A stretch of DNA of 64,000 nucleotides from Thermodesulfovibrionales bacterium (GTDB lineage Bacteria; Nitrospirota; Thermodesulfovibrionia; Thermodesulfovibrionales; CALJEL01): the NCBI GenBank assembly GCA_041082235.1, contig JBDOIG010000059.1:3234-67233 (forward strand), given 5' to 3'. The notes beneath the pieces were generated by a model that saw only the letters and a list, made by a program, of their open reading frames with translations, was not told the DNA's origin and ran no database searches. Numbering within the stretch: the stretch's first letter is position 1; each line of letters begins with the position of its first letter. Positions 1 to 9,117 of the stretch are shown piece after piece. A program made the position numbers and the translations under genes.

Positions 1-1
1 C

Positions 2-289
2 AAGCTTCAGCAGCAGGAACCGTCAAGGTTTATTAAGGATATCCCGGGAGACTGTTGCTATTTCTTTGAAAAGATAAGAGATAGTGTGGTCAGTCCAAAG
101 CGTAAAGAGGCAGTTGTTGCTGAGATTCCTTATCCAGCAGGTTGCAGGGTCAGACATCCCAAATGGGGTATAGGGGTTGTGAGGGATTGTTATGGTGAAG
201 GAGATGATAAAAAGATAATGGTTAATTTCCCCTCTGTAGGCATAAAGAGACTTGCTGTAAAGTTTGCAAATCTGGAGAGGCTCGGATGA
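2..289 (+). CDS. C-terminal end of a UvrD/PcrA/Rep-type ATP-dependent DNA helicase (5' part lies outside the window)
   Basis: The frame of ORF 86..289 stays open back to base 2. The tail ...PSRFIKDIP...CRVRHPKWGIGVV...VNFPSVGIKRLAVKFANLE matches the conserved UvrD-family C-terminal module (H-x-x-F/W-G-x-G-x-V ... G-x-K-x-L). Confidence 0.7.
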   Translation, partial: KLQQQEPSRFIKDIPGDCCYFFEKIRDSVVSPKRKEAVVAEIPYPAGCRVRHPKWGIGVVRDCYGEGDDKKIMVNFPSVGIKRLAVKFANLERLG

Positions 290-573
290 AGATATCCCTT
301 AAAGAGGTCAGCCATATAGCACATCTGGCTAGGCTTCATCTTACTGATGAAGAGATGGAGAAGTTTTCCCATCAGTTAAGCAATATCCTCAGTTATATGG
401 AAAAGCTAAATGAGCTTGATACATCAAATATAGAGCCCACCTCCCATGTTATGCCTCTCAAGAATGTGTTCAGGGAGGATAAGATTTCTTCATGCCTTTC
501 TCCTCAGGACGCCCTGAAAAATGCACCTGATAGGGCAGATAACTTTTTCAGGGTACCAAGGATAATAGAATAG
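286..573 (+). CDS. gatC: Asp-tRNA(Asn)/Glu-tRNA(Gln) amidotransferase subunit C
   Basis: 95 aa. The pattern V.HIA.LARL.L.DEE...F..QL..IL.Y...L.ELDT..IEPT.H is typical of GatC. It overlaps the upstream gene by 4 nt. Confidence 0.88.
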   Translation: MKISLKEVSHIAHLARLHLTDEEMEKFSHQLSNILSYMEKLNELDTSNIEPTSHVMPLKNVFREDKISSCLSPQDALKNAPDRADNFFRVPRIIE

Positions 574-578
574 AAATT

Positions 579-941
579 ATGCTACGCTGTGTCCTGAGGT
601 CAAAGATCCACATGGCTACAGTTACAGAGAGTAACCTCTTTTATGAGGGGAGCATAACCATTGACAGAGACATAATGGACAAGGCAGGCCTTGTCCCCTA
701 TGAACAGGTCATGGTAAGCAACCTCAACAATGGTGAACGCTTTGAGACCTATGTGATTGAGGGTAAAAGGGGTTCAGGTATTATTGGCCTCAATGGTCCT
801 ACAGCAAGAAAGGGTATGGCGGGTGACAGGATTATAATCTTCAGCTATACCTATCTTGAAGAAAAAGAAATAGAAAACTTCAGACCGAGGATCATAATCC
901 TTGATGAATCAAACAGGATAGTGGAAGTCAAGCAGGAATGA
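579..941 (+). CDS. panD: aspartate 1-decarboxylase
   Basis: 120 aa. It reads MLR..LRSKIH.ATVT...L.YEGSITID, which includes the Gly-Ser self-processing site, and the double-psi barrel length is right. Confidence 0.9.
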   Translation: MLRCVLRSKIHMATVTESNLFYEGSITIDRDIMDKAGLVPYEQVMVSNLNNGERFETYVIEGKRGSGIIGLNGPTARKGMAGDRIIIFSYTYLEEKEIENFRPRIIILDESNRIVEVKQE

Positions 942-983
942 AGGGGGGCCCAAAAATTTGATAAATTTTTTGGGGTACCGGTA

Positions 984-2618
984 ATGATAGAGGCAATAGA
1001 GGAATTAGAAGGGGTTATAAAGGAAATCGCACCTATTTCAGTGGTAGAGATAGAGGTTCCTCCGCAGGAGGAGTTGGGTGATATATCTACACCACAGGCA
1101 ATGACCCTTGCAAAGACCCTGAAAAAACCTCCAAAGACAATAGCCTCTGAGATAATAGATAGATTAAGCAGTTCAGAGATCTTTCAGTCAGCAGAGATTG
1201 CAGGTCCTGGTTTTATAAATCTGAGATTTTCTGATGCCTATCTTGAGGGCTGGCTAAAAAGGGTTTTAAGGGGCGAGCAGTCTGCCCTTATAAGAAAGGT
1301 CAGTCAACCAAAAAAGATAAATGTTGAATTCGTGAGTGCAAATCCTACTGGACCCCTTCATCTCGGCCATGGACGGGGGGCTGCTACTGGTATGGCTATT
1401 GTTAATCTTTTAAGAAAGGCCGGTAATTCTGTAATTGCTGAATATTATATAAACGATGCGGGAAGGCAGGTGCGTCTGCTTGGAGAGAGTGTCTTTGCAA
1501 GATACAAGGAGCTTCTCGGCATTAAATACCCCTTTCCAGATGATGGATACAGAGGTGATTATGTAAGGGAGATTGCCCTCAAGATATTAAATACAACAGG
1601 TTCTCTATACAAAGAGTCATCTTTTGAGGAGGTCTCAGCATTTTTCATAAAAAACTCTGTAGAGATGATGATGGAAAGGATAAAGGAGGACCTTCATGCC
1701 TTTGGTGTTTCCTTTGATACTTATGAAAGTGAAAGAGAATTATATATAAATGGTGATGTAGAGAAGGCTATTGAGTTCCTGAGATCAAGGGGTTATCTTT
1801 ATGAGAAGGATGGTGCCCTGTGGTTTGCCTCTTCAAGATTTGGTGATGATAAAGACAGGGTTTTAAAAAAGAGTGATGGAGACTATACCTATTTTAGCTC
1901 TGACATAGCTTATCATAAAAAGAAGATTGACAGGGGGTTTGATCTCCTAATAAATATCTGGGGGGCTGACCATCATGGATATATACCGAGGCTCAGGGCT
2001 GTGTTGAAGGCACTTTCCTATCCTGAAGATAGATTGAAGGTGCACCTTGTTCAGATGGTGAATCTTTTGAGATCAGGAAAACCTGTCCAGATGTCAAAAC
2101 GGGCAGGGGAGTTTGTAACCTTAAAAGAGATAATGGATGAGGTTGGTGTTGATAGCACAAAGTTCATATTTCTCACAAGAAGTCCTGATAGCCATCTTGA
2201 TTTTGATATAGAGGTAGCAAAAAAGCAATCCTCTGAAAATCCTGTTTACTATGTTCAGTATGCCTATGCAAGGGTGATGAGCATATTCAGATATGCGGAG
2301 GAGCAGGGCATAGGGCAGGATGAGCTCAGGGATGTAAGGATAGGGCTTCTCGGACTGGAGGAGGAAAGGAGGCTTATTAAAAAGCTTATCCATTATCCAC
2401 TTATATTTGAAAAGGCACTCAGGAGTCTTGAACCTCACAGGATCACCTTCTATCTTCAGGACCTTGCGGGACTATTTCATTCCTATTACAATAAATATAG
2501 ATTTGTTAATGAAGATAAAGACCTAACAAGTGCAAGGCTTTGTCTTGCAAAGATAACAGGGATAATACTGAAAGATGGACTTGAGATACTGGGTGTCAAT
2601 GCACCAGAAAGGATGTGA
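984..2618 (+). CDS. argS: arginine--tRNA ligase
   Basis: 544 aa. It has the class-I HIGH region SANPTGPLHLGHGRGA and the characteristic C-terminal ...NAPERM ending. Confidence 0.95.
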   Translation: MIEAIEELEGVIKEIAPISVVEIEVPPQEELGDISTPQAMTLAKTLKKPPKTIASEIIDRLSSSEIFQSAEIAGPGFINLRFSDAYLEGWLKRVLRGEQSALIRKVSQPKKINVEFVSANPTGPLHLGHGRGAATGMAIVNLLRKAGNSVIAEYYINDAGRQVRLLGESVFARYKELLGIKYPFPDDGYRGDYVREIALKILNTTGSLYKESSFEEVSAFFIKNSVEMMMERIKEDLHAFGVSFDTYESERELYINGDVEKAIEFLRSRGYLYEKDGALWFASSRFGDDKDRVLKKSDGDYTYFSSDIAYHKKKIDRGFDLLINIWGADHHGYIPRLRAVLKALSYPEDRLKVHLVQMVNLLRSGKPVQMSKRAGEFVTLKEIMDEVGVDSTKFIFLTRSPDSHLDFDIEVAKKQSSENPVYYVQYAYARVMSIFRYAEEQGIGQDELRDVRIGLLGLEEERRLIKKLIHYPLIFEKALRSLEPHRITFYLQDLAGLFHSYYNKYRFVNEDKDLTSARLCLAKITGIILKDGLEILGVNAPERM

Positions 2619-3148
2619 CCATGGTTGTAGGTAAACCACTTTTTACACCAGAACAGATCCAGGAAAGGGTGAAGGCAATAGCAGAGGAAATCACAAGGGA
2701 TTATACGGGAAAGGAGATACTTGCAGTTGGAATTCTCAAAGGAGCCTTTATGTTTTTTTCTGACCTTGTGAGGCAGATCAGGGTTCCTATTACAGTAGAT
2801 TTTATAATAGCCTCAAGTTATGTAAAGACACAGACAACAGGAGAGGTAAGGGTATATTATGATGTGAGGGAACCACTTGAGGGAAAAAATGTCCTTCTCA
2901 TAGAGGATATTGTTGATACCGGTATTACCCTTAATTTTATAAGGGAACGAATACTGCAGAGGTCACCTGAAAGCCTGAAGATCTGTGCCTTTCTTGACAA
3001 AAAGGAGAGGCGCATAGTTGATGTGCCGATTGATTACAAAGGTTTTGTGATACCAAATGAATATGTAGTGGGCTATGGTCTTGATTATGACAATAAATAT
3101 AGAAACCTTCCATATATAGCAATATTTAAAAAGAGTATGAACATTTGA
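2615..3148 (+). CDS. hpt: hypoxanthine phosphoribosyltransferase
   Basis: 177 aa with PRPP loop VLLIEDIVDTGITL. It overlaps argS by 4 nt. Confidence 0.9.
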   Translation: MTMVVGKPLFTPEQIQERVKAIAEEITRDYTGKEILAVGILKGAFMFFSDLVRQIRVPITVDFIIASSYVKTQTTGEVRVYYDVREPLEGKNVLLIEDIVDTGITLNFIRERILQRSPESLKICAFLDKKERRIVDVPIDYKGFVIPNEYVVGYGLDYDNKYRNLPYIAIFKKSMNI

Positions 3149-3177
3149 GGGGCTTCGCCTCTCAAAGGAGTGGAGCC

Positions 3178-3549
3178 ATGTATGAGCTCATGATTGAAGA
3201 TACCTTTTCAGCAGCCCATCAATTAAGGGGATACAAGGGTGAGTGTGAAAAACTTCACGGTCATAACTGGAGGGTTCAGGTTTATGTAGTTGCTGACAGG
3301 CTCAATGAGATAGATATAGCAATAGATTTTCATGAACTTAAAGATTATCTTAATGAGATTCTTTCTCTGCTTGACCATAGATTTCTCAATGATGTCTTCC
3401 CCTTTACAGAAAAGAATCCATCTTCAGAGAACATTGCAAAATGGATATTTGATTCTATGAAAAAAAAGCTTCAGAGAGATGATGTGCGGATTATAGCCGT
3501 AACAGTATGGGAATCTGATACCGCATCAGCAACATATTATGAAGACTGA
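3178..3549 (+). CDS. queD: 6-carboxy-5,6,7,8-tetrahydropterin synthase
   Basis: It has the CEKLHGHNW (C-x3-HGH) motif and PTPS-family length. The start is placed at ATG 3178 behind GGAG, because the longer 3145 start lies inside a repeat hairpin. Confidence 0.85.
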   Translation: MYELMIEDTFSAAHQLRGYKGECEKLHGHNWRVQVYVVADRLNEIDIAIDFHELKDYLNEILSLLDHRFLNDVFPFTEKNPSSENIAKWIFDSMKKKLQRDDVRIIAVTVWESDTASATYYED

Positions 3550-4915
3550 AAAATTCATTTCATCCATGGCGAAAATATCTGGCACCCCAGCAGTTGAGGA
3601 GATATTCAAAAAGGCAAAGTCAGATGGAGTAAACCTGGTAGAGATTTATATCATAGAGGGGAAGAATGTATCTGTCGAGGTAAAGGCTCAGGATGTGGAG
3701 GCCTTTGAGGATGCAGTCTTTTCCGGGTATGGTATAAGGGTGATTTATAATAACAGGCTTGGTTTTTCCTATTCAACAAATCCTGATGAGGCAGGCAATG
3801 TCCTTTTAAAGGCCATTGAGTCCTCAAGATTTGTCTCTTCAGATGAATACCTCTCCTTGCCAGAACCTTCTGGTTTTCATCATAACATAGAGATTTATGA
3901 TCCCGGGATTGAGAATATTGAAAAAGATTTTATCCTAAATGCTGCTATGGAGCTTGAAGGCTCTGCCCTTTCCTTTGACAGGAGGATAAAAAAGACCAGA
4001 AAGGCCTCTGTTGCACTTTCAAAGGTGAATACCACAATCGTGAGTTCCCGGGGCATGAATGTCTCCTGTGCGTCCACATCTATAACAGGCCAGATCATGG
4101 TTGTTGCTGAGGAGGCTCAAGAGGCCCAGAGTGCGTGGGAATTTGAAGGAAGCAGGTTTCTGGATGATATTTCATTTAAAGATATAGGAGAAAGGGCAGC
4201 AAAAAAGGCAATATCTTTGCTTGGCTCAAGGAGGCTTTCCTCAAGAAAGGCAGCGGTGCTTTTTGATCCTGCGGTGGCGTCAGAATTTCTCGGCTTTCTT
4301 TCTTCTTCCTTTTTAGCAGATCAGGTAATAAAGGGAAAGTCCATGCTTGCTGGAAGGCTTGGTGAGATGGTCTTTAGTCCTTTAATTGATATTATAGACA
4401 ATGCCCTTCTCTCAAGGAGGCTTGGTTCAAGACCTTTTGATGCAGAAGGAGTTGTCTCAAAGATTAATAACCTTATATCAGCCGGTAGGCTTCAGGGTTA
4501 TCTTCACAATACTTATACAGCAAGAAGACTTTCAGCAAAAAATACATCCAGTGCCACTAGGCATGGATACGCTGATGTGCCTTCTGTTGGTATTTCCAAT
4601 CTCTACATAGCCCCATCAGAAAGGACCGGGGCAATCCCTCTTTCTGAATTGATGGCATCTGAACCAGGGATGCTCTATGTCCTTGATGTTATGGGTATGC
4701 ACACAGGTAATCCTGTGACAGGTGATTTTTCTGTTGGAGTTTCTGGATTGTGGATAGAAAAGGGTAAGCCAGCATTCCCTGTGAAGGAGGTTATGATTGC
4801 TGGCAATGTCATAGACCTTTTTGGTAAAGTAATTGCTATAGGAGATGATTTAAGATTTTATGGGAATACAGGCAGTCCCCATATCCTTTTCAGGGATGTA
4901 GATATCAGTGGATAG
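3539..4915 (+). CDS. pmbA: TldE/PmbA-family metalloprotease subunit (no HExxxH, so the non-catalytic PmbA type)
   Basis: 458 aa. The C-terminal GDFS.GVSG.WIEKGK...PVKE..IAGN...LF is typical of PmbA/TldD-fold proteins, and no HExxxH motif was seen. Confidence 0.82.
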   Translation: MKTEKFISSMAKISGTPAVEEIFKKAKSDGVNLVEIYIIEGKNVSVEVKAQDVEAFEDAVFSGYGIRVIYNNRLGFSYSTNPDEAGNVLLKAIESSRFVSSDEYLSLPEPSGFHHNIEIYDPGIENIEKDFILNAAMELEGSALSFDRRIKKTRKASVALSKVNTTIVSSRGMNVSCASTSITGQIMVVAEEAQEAQSAWEFEGSRFLDDISFKDIGERAAKKAISLLGSRRLSSRKAAVLFDPAVASEFLGFLSSSFLADQVIKGKSMLAGRLGEMVFSPLIDIIDNALLSRRLGSRPFDAEGVVSKINNLISAGRLQGYLHNTYTARRLSAKNTSSATRHGYADVPSVGISNLYIAPSERTGAIPLSELMASEPGMLYVLDVMGMHTGNPVTGDFSVGVSGLWIEKGKPAFPVKEVMIAGNVIDLFGKVIAIGDDLRFYGNTGSPHILFRDVDISG

Positions 4916-4918
4916 CCT

Positions 4919-5929
4919 ATGAAAGAGGCAATGTTTTATGAGAAGCTGAAGGACAGTAAGGTCAGGTGCTTCCTATGTGCTCAACACTGCATCATATCAC
5001 CAGGTAAAAGAGGCATATGCGCTGTAAGGGAAAACATTGATGGAACATTATATAGCCTTGTATATGGAAAGGTCATAGCAAGACATATTGACCCTATAGA
5101 GAAAAAGCCACTTTTTCATTTCCACCCGGGCTCCAGGTCCTATTCTATATCAACAGTAGGATGCAATTTTAAATGTCTTCACTGTCAGAATTATGAGATA
5201 TCCCAGTATCCGAAGGTACATAAAGATATACCCGGTGAGGAAATGACACCTGAGGAGGTTGTAAAAGAAGCTGAACTGGCTGGCTGTGAGAGCATATCCT
5301 ATACCTATACAGAGCCAACCATATTCTTTGAATTTGCCTGTGACTGTGCAAGACTTGCAAGACAGAGGGGCATAAAGAATGTCTTTGTAAGCAATGGTTA
5401 TACCTCCCCAGAGGCAACCAGAGAAATTGCTCCATATCTTGATGGAAATAACATTGACCTCAAGGGAGATGATAATTTCTACAGAAAGATAGCAGGTGCA
5501 AGGCTGGAGCCAGTATTAAACACAATAAAACTCATGAAAGAGCTCGGGGTATGGGTAGAGGTCACAACACTTATAATCCCTGGACTTAATGACTCAGAGG
5601 ATTTTCTGAGATGGGTTGCTGAGTTCATTAAATCAGTAGATCCATCAATGCCCTGGCATGTTACACAATTTTATCCAACCTATCAGATGCTGGATAGACC
5701 CCGCACACCTGTAAATACCCTCAGAAAGGCACGGGAGATTGGTCTTAAGTCTGGCCTTAAATATGTCTATGAGGGAAATGTCCCGGGTGAGGGTGGAGAG
5801 AATACCTATTGTCCAAATTGTAAGGAGCTGTTGATAGAAAGATATGGCTTTTCCCTCCTGAAGATAAATATGAAAAACTCAAGATGCCCTAAGTGCAATA
5901 CCCTTATAGACGGAATTGGTATGCCTTAG
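4919..5929 (+). CDS. amrS: AmmeMemoRadiSam-system radical SAM enzyme (PFL-activase-like)
   Basis: 336 aa. It has the N-terminal C-x2-C-x2-HC...GICAVRENIDG...SLVYGK motif and the radical-SAM cluster CNFKCLHCQN, and it ends with a C-x2-C...C-x2-C knuckle. Confidence 0.8.
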   Translation: MKEAMFYEKLKDSKVRCFLCAQHCIISPGKRGICAVRENIDGTLYSLVYGKVIARHIDPIEKKPLFHFHPGSRSYSISTVGCNFKCLHCQNYEISQYPKVHKDIPGEEMTPEEVVKEAELAGCESISYTYTEPTIFFEFACDCARLARQRGIKNVFVSNGYTSPEATREIAPYLDGNNIDLKGDDNFYRKIAGARLEPVLNTIKLMKELGVWVEVTTLIIPGLNDSEDFLRWVAEFIKSVDPSMPWHVTQFYPTYQMLDRPRTPVNTLRKAREIGLKSGLKYVYEGNVPGEGGENTYCPNCKELLIERYGFSLLKINMKNSRCPKCNTLIDGIGMP

Positions 5930-5932
5930 AAT

Positions 5933-6799
5933 TCATATCTTACAGTAAAGCCGTGCCTCCGCACATTCCTGACATTCAAACTGTATCATTATGTGATTGA
6001 CTCCCTTATCTCTTAATCTTTTTTCAATCTCTTTTTTAATACATTCCAGCTCACTCAACCTCTGGTCTTTTACATACACATGGCATGAAAAGGCAATCTG
6101 CCCCTTTGTTATTGCCCAGAGATGAACATCATGTATCCCGAGGATACCGTGAATTCCTTTTATTTCCTTCACTATTTCTTCTGGTTCAAATCCTGGTGGG
6201 GTGAGCTCAAGGAATATATGAAGTGCATCCTTGATAACACGTATCCCGCCAAGGATTATGATAAGTCCTATTAAGATACCTGTAAGAGGGTCTATTGTCC
6301 TCCAGCCTGAAAGTTTTATGACAATGCCAGATATTATTACCGCAATTGATGAGAGGGTATCACCAACCACATGAAGCCAGGCACTCTTTATATTCAGGTC
6401 TTCATGACCTTTTCCCAGTATCAATGTCATAGAGAGATTGCCTATCAATCCAAGGAATGCAATGCCTAACATGAGATTTATATCTATGTCCACAGGATTT
6501 TTGAATCTTCTGTAGGACTCAAGGAATATATAGATAGATATGCCGACAAGGCTTATGCCATTCAGAAGTGCTGCTATAAGACCAAATCTGTGATAACCAT
6601 AGGTTGCCCTGAAATCCGAGGGTCTTTTTGCTATCTCTGCTGCGATGAGGCTTAGACCAATAGCAAAGGTATCTGTAAGAACATGACCAGCATCACTCAG
6701 AAGGGCAAGGCTATTACTTATTAAACCACCTGTGCATTCAGCAATAAATATAGAGACAGATATAAAAAAAGTCTTTCTGAGTCTTACTGAAATATCCAT
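5933..6799 (-). CDS. cation diffusion facilitator (CzcD/ZitB-type) metal efflux transporter
   Basis: 288 aa with six TM segments, metal-site motifs HVLTD and HVVGD, and a C-terminal cytoplasmic domain. Confidence 0.88.
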   Translation of the reverse strand: MDISVRLRKTFFISVSIFIAECTGGLISNSLALLSDAGHVLTDTFAIGLSLIAAEIAKRPSDFRATYGYHRFGLIAALLNGISLVGISIYIFLESYRRFKNPVDIDINLMLGIAFLGLIGNLSMTLILGKGHEDLNIKSAWLHVVGDTLSSIAVIISGIVIKLSGWRTIDPLTGILIGLIIILGGIRVIKDALHIFLELTPPGFEPEEIVKEIKGIHGILGIHDVHLWAITKGQIAFSCHVYVKDQRLSELECIKKEIEKRLRDKGVNHIMIQFECQECAEARLYCKI

Positions 6800-6857
6800 T
6801 AATAATTATAACAGATGAGGCTTAGAAGAGAGCAGGATACTATAGCATTATTGCGGG

Positions 6858-6883
6858 AGGGCCTCCCTGAAGAAGGAGGCCCT
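6858..6883 (-). other. GC-rich stem-loop (9-bp stem AGGGCCTCC / GGAGGCCCT, 8-nt loop) between the cytochrome and CDF genes
   Basis: The perfect inverted repeat was read directly. There is no clear U-tract, so its function (terminator or processing site) is uncertain. Confidence 0.4.
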
Positions 6884-6889
6884 GAGAAA

Positions 6890-7204
6890 TTATTTCTTGT
6901 GGCACTTTGCGCAATTAGCTGCATCGCCAGCCTTGAAGGCCTTTGTGCCATTGTGGCAGGCTCCGCAGGACTTACCTGCATTAATGTCTGCCATTGTGAT
7001 CTTCTGTGCACCTTTCTTCATCTGGAAGAGTGCGGGATGGCAGTCATTGCACTTTGCACCCTTGTCTGCATGGGTCTTTCCATCAAATACAACCTTTCCT
7101 GCTCCACCACCTTCATAATCTACTGTCTTACCAGGTGGTACTGCAAGTGCTGAGCCTGCAAAGGCTATAATTACGAGCATTGCTACTACTGCTATAATCC
7201 TCAT
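6890..7204 (-). CDS. small periplasmic trihaem c-type cytochrome (c7/c3 family)
   Basis: 104 aa with a signal peptide and three CXXCH motifs (CNDCH, CGACH, CAKCH) in about 80 mature residues. Confidence 0.8.
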   Translation of the reverse strand: MRIIAVVAMLVIIAFAGSALAVPPGKTVDYEGGGAGKVVFDGKTHADKGAKCNDCHPALFQMKKGAQKITMADINAGKSCGACHNGTKAFKAGDAANCAKCHKK

Positions 7205-7386
7205 TCTTTATTCACCCCCTTTCCTTTAAATTTAGAACTTGACATAAAGCTTAATACAGCCTATGAGGTGCTGTCAAGCCCTTATTTTTATATGTTAAAT
7301 AGCATCAAGCATGCCAGTAATTATAAATAAGGAAGAGTGAAGAAGTATTTAACAGGTTAATATCCCTTTTGAGGAAATTCATTCCT

Positions 7387-8925
7387 TTAAGGGAAAGGTC
7401 TTTTGTTATAAAGCCTTGCATTATCAATGGCAATACCGCATACCTCTGCAAGGGATGCTGCAAAATTAATTTCCTCCTCAGAAAATTGTCTTGGTATGTC
7501 TGTTAAAAGCCTCAGGATACCTATTACCTTCCCTCTTGAAATAATTGGAAGGGTGAGCATACTTTTTATGCCTTCTTCCTCTGCCTCTTTTTGATATCTG
7601 ATCCTCGGGTCGCTGGTTACATCATATATGGCAACAGGTCTTGCCTGAAGTGCCTCTCTTACATTTTCTTCAAGATCCACAGGTCCTCTTTCAAGATATC
7701 TTTTGCTCAATCCATGAGAGGCAACAAGTATAAGCCTGGAGCTGTCCTCACTCAATAGCCTTATGGTTGCTGCCCTCAGGCCCATGACCGCCGGTAGTTT
7801 TTTCACTATTGTATCAAGCACTTCCTGAAGTTCAAGTTTTGAGGTTACCGCCTTTGTAACATCTTCAAATACCCTTAAATATTCCCTGGCTTTTGAGAGT
7901 GTAAGCTCATATGTCTTTGCATTCATTATTGCAATGGCTGCCTGTTCTGCGATAGCTGTAATGAATCTGAGGTCTTCATCTGTATACTTTACAGGTTCTG
8001 CTGTGTATAGTCTTAATACACCGAGTATCTCTTTACCGCATCTTACGGGCACAGAGATAATGCTCTTTATACCTTCCTCCTCAGCCTCTTTTCTGTATCT
8101 TGCCTTTTCATCAAGGGTTATATCATATATAGAGATTGTCTTTCCCTGCAGTGCCTCCTTTATACTCTGGTCAAATTCTACGGGTCCTTTATTAATATAT
8201 CTTTCGGTTAGTCCATGGTGAGCGGCTACCTCAAGCCTTTTTGTTTCATTATTAAGGAGTCTGAGCATGCATGCCTTTACCTTGAGGACCTTTACAACAT
8301 TTGTTACAATGAGATTCAGGACTTCATTAAGAGAGAGACTGCTACTTATTGCCCTGCAGATATTCTGGTAACTCTCAAGGTATACCCTCTTTTCAAATAT
8401 TTTCTCTGCACATTCAGGACATATGCCATGGGTAATGGTACCAGCCCCAGATTCTGTAAGGTATCTCTCTATACTTTCCCAGGAATCATCACCTGTCCTT
8501 ACCTTTTTACACCAGGCACAGAGGGCAAGGAGGTTCTGCCTTTTTCGTTCCGAGATGGTCTTTTCAATTGCCGATATTACTGAACTCAGGTCTTTTATTA
8601 TTGAGATCACACCTTTTAGTCTCTCACCTTTAAAGACAGGTCTGCACCTTTCTTCAACGGGTATCCTTCCTTCAGGCGTGACAATATAGAGATTTTTTCT
8701 TATCTCTGTCTTCGTCTGATAGCAGAGAAAGACAGGTAATTCATAGAGCTCGAGACTATGGCCGGCCTCATCCTGATATTTAATAAGGTCCTTTTTGAGT
8801 TCCTTACCAAGCAGTTCCCCAGAACCAACGAGTTTTTCAAACTCGGGATTTATATATCTTATCCTGAGAGACTCATCAATAAAGTATATTGCCTCTGGAA
8901 GAACTTCAGAGATTTTCTTTTCCAT
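7387..8925 (-). CDS. PAS - Cys4 module - GAF - GAF sensor protein without recognisable output domain
   Basis: 512 aa. It has an N-terminal PAS-like region, then CAWCKK...THGICPEC, then two internally similar GAF domains (...YDITLDEKARYRKEAEEEGIKS... and ...YDVTSDPRIRYQKEAEEEGIKS...). Confidence 0.8.
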   Translation of the reverse strand: MEKKISEVLPEAIYFIDESLRIRYINPEFEKLVGSGELLGKELKKDLIKYQDEAGHSLELYELPVFLCYQTKTEIRKNLYIVTPEGRIPVEERCRPVFKGERLKGVISIIKDLSSVISAIEKTISERKRQNLLALCAWCKKVRTGDDSWESIERYLTESGAGTITHGICPECAEKIFEKRVYLESYQNICRAISSSLSLNEVLNLIVTNVVKVLKVKACMLRLLNNETKRLEVAAHHGLTERYINKGPVEFDQSIKEALQGKTISIYDITLDEKARYRKEAEEEGIKSIISVPVRCGKEILGVLRLYTAEPVKYTDEDLRFITAIAEQAAIAIMNAKTYELTLSKAREYLRVFEDVTKAVTSKLELQEVLDTIVKKLPAVMGLRAATIRLLSEDSSRLILVASHGLSKRYLERGPVDLEENVREALQARPVAIYDVTSDPRIRYQKEAEEEGIKSMLTLPIISRGKVIGILRLLTDIPRQFSEEEINFAASLAEVCGIAIDNARLYNKRPFP

Positions 8926-8974
8926 ACTTTAATTATGCAGATTTAAGAGTGAAAGTTTCAAGAAGCCTGTAAAT

Positions 8975-9068
8975 CGCCCATAGAAAAAGGACAGTCTGCT
9001 CAGAGCCTTTACAAAGCGACGCTTTTTATTTTAAGGTGACTTGAAACATTCTATTCGGTAATCTACGG
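8975..9068 (+). repeat. Internally deleted copy of the nested-palindromic intergenic repeat (left arm fused to distal right end)
   Basis: GCCCATAGAAAAAGGACAGTCTGCTCAGAGCCTTTACAAAGCGACGC then TTTTTATTTTAAGGTGACTTGAAACATTCTATTCGG. It aligns to both ends of the 58222..58440 copy. Confidence 0.7.
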
Positions 9069-9117
9069 GAAGCGCGAGCTCTTTCAAGAAGGGGTTAATA
9101 TATGATATTATTTTAAA

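Noticed and set aside
3144-3177. Possible preQ1 riboswitch upstream of queD
   Set aside because: The hairpin has a 7-bp stem and a 3-nt loop without the preQ1-I loop or A-rich tail. The same hairpin recurs upstream of glgC and elsewhere, so it belongs to the mini-hairpin repeat family.
6799-7153. ORFs 6799..7011 (-), 6815..7153 (+), 6897..7118 (+) overlapping the cytochrome gene
   Set aside because: They are alternative-frame or antisense to a well-supported 3xCXXCH cytochrome, have low-complexity composition, and have no RBS or recognisable motifs.
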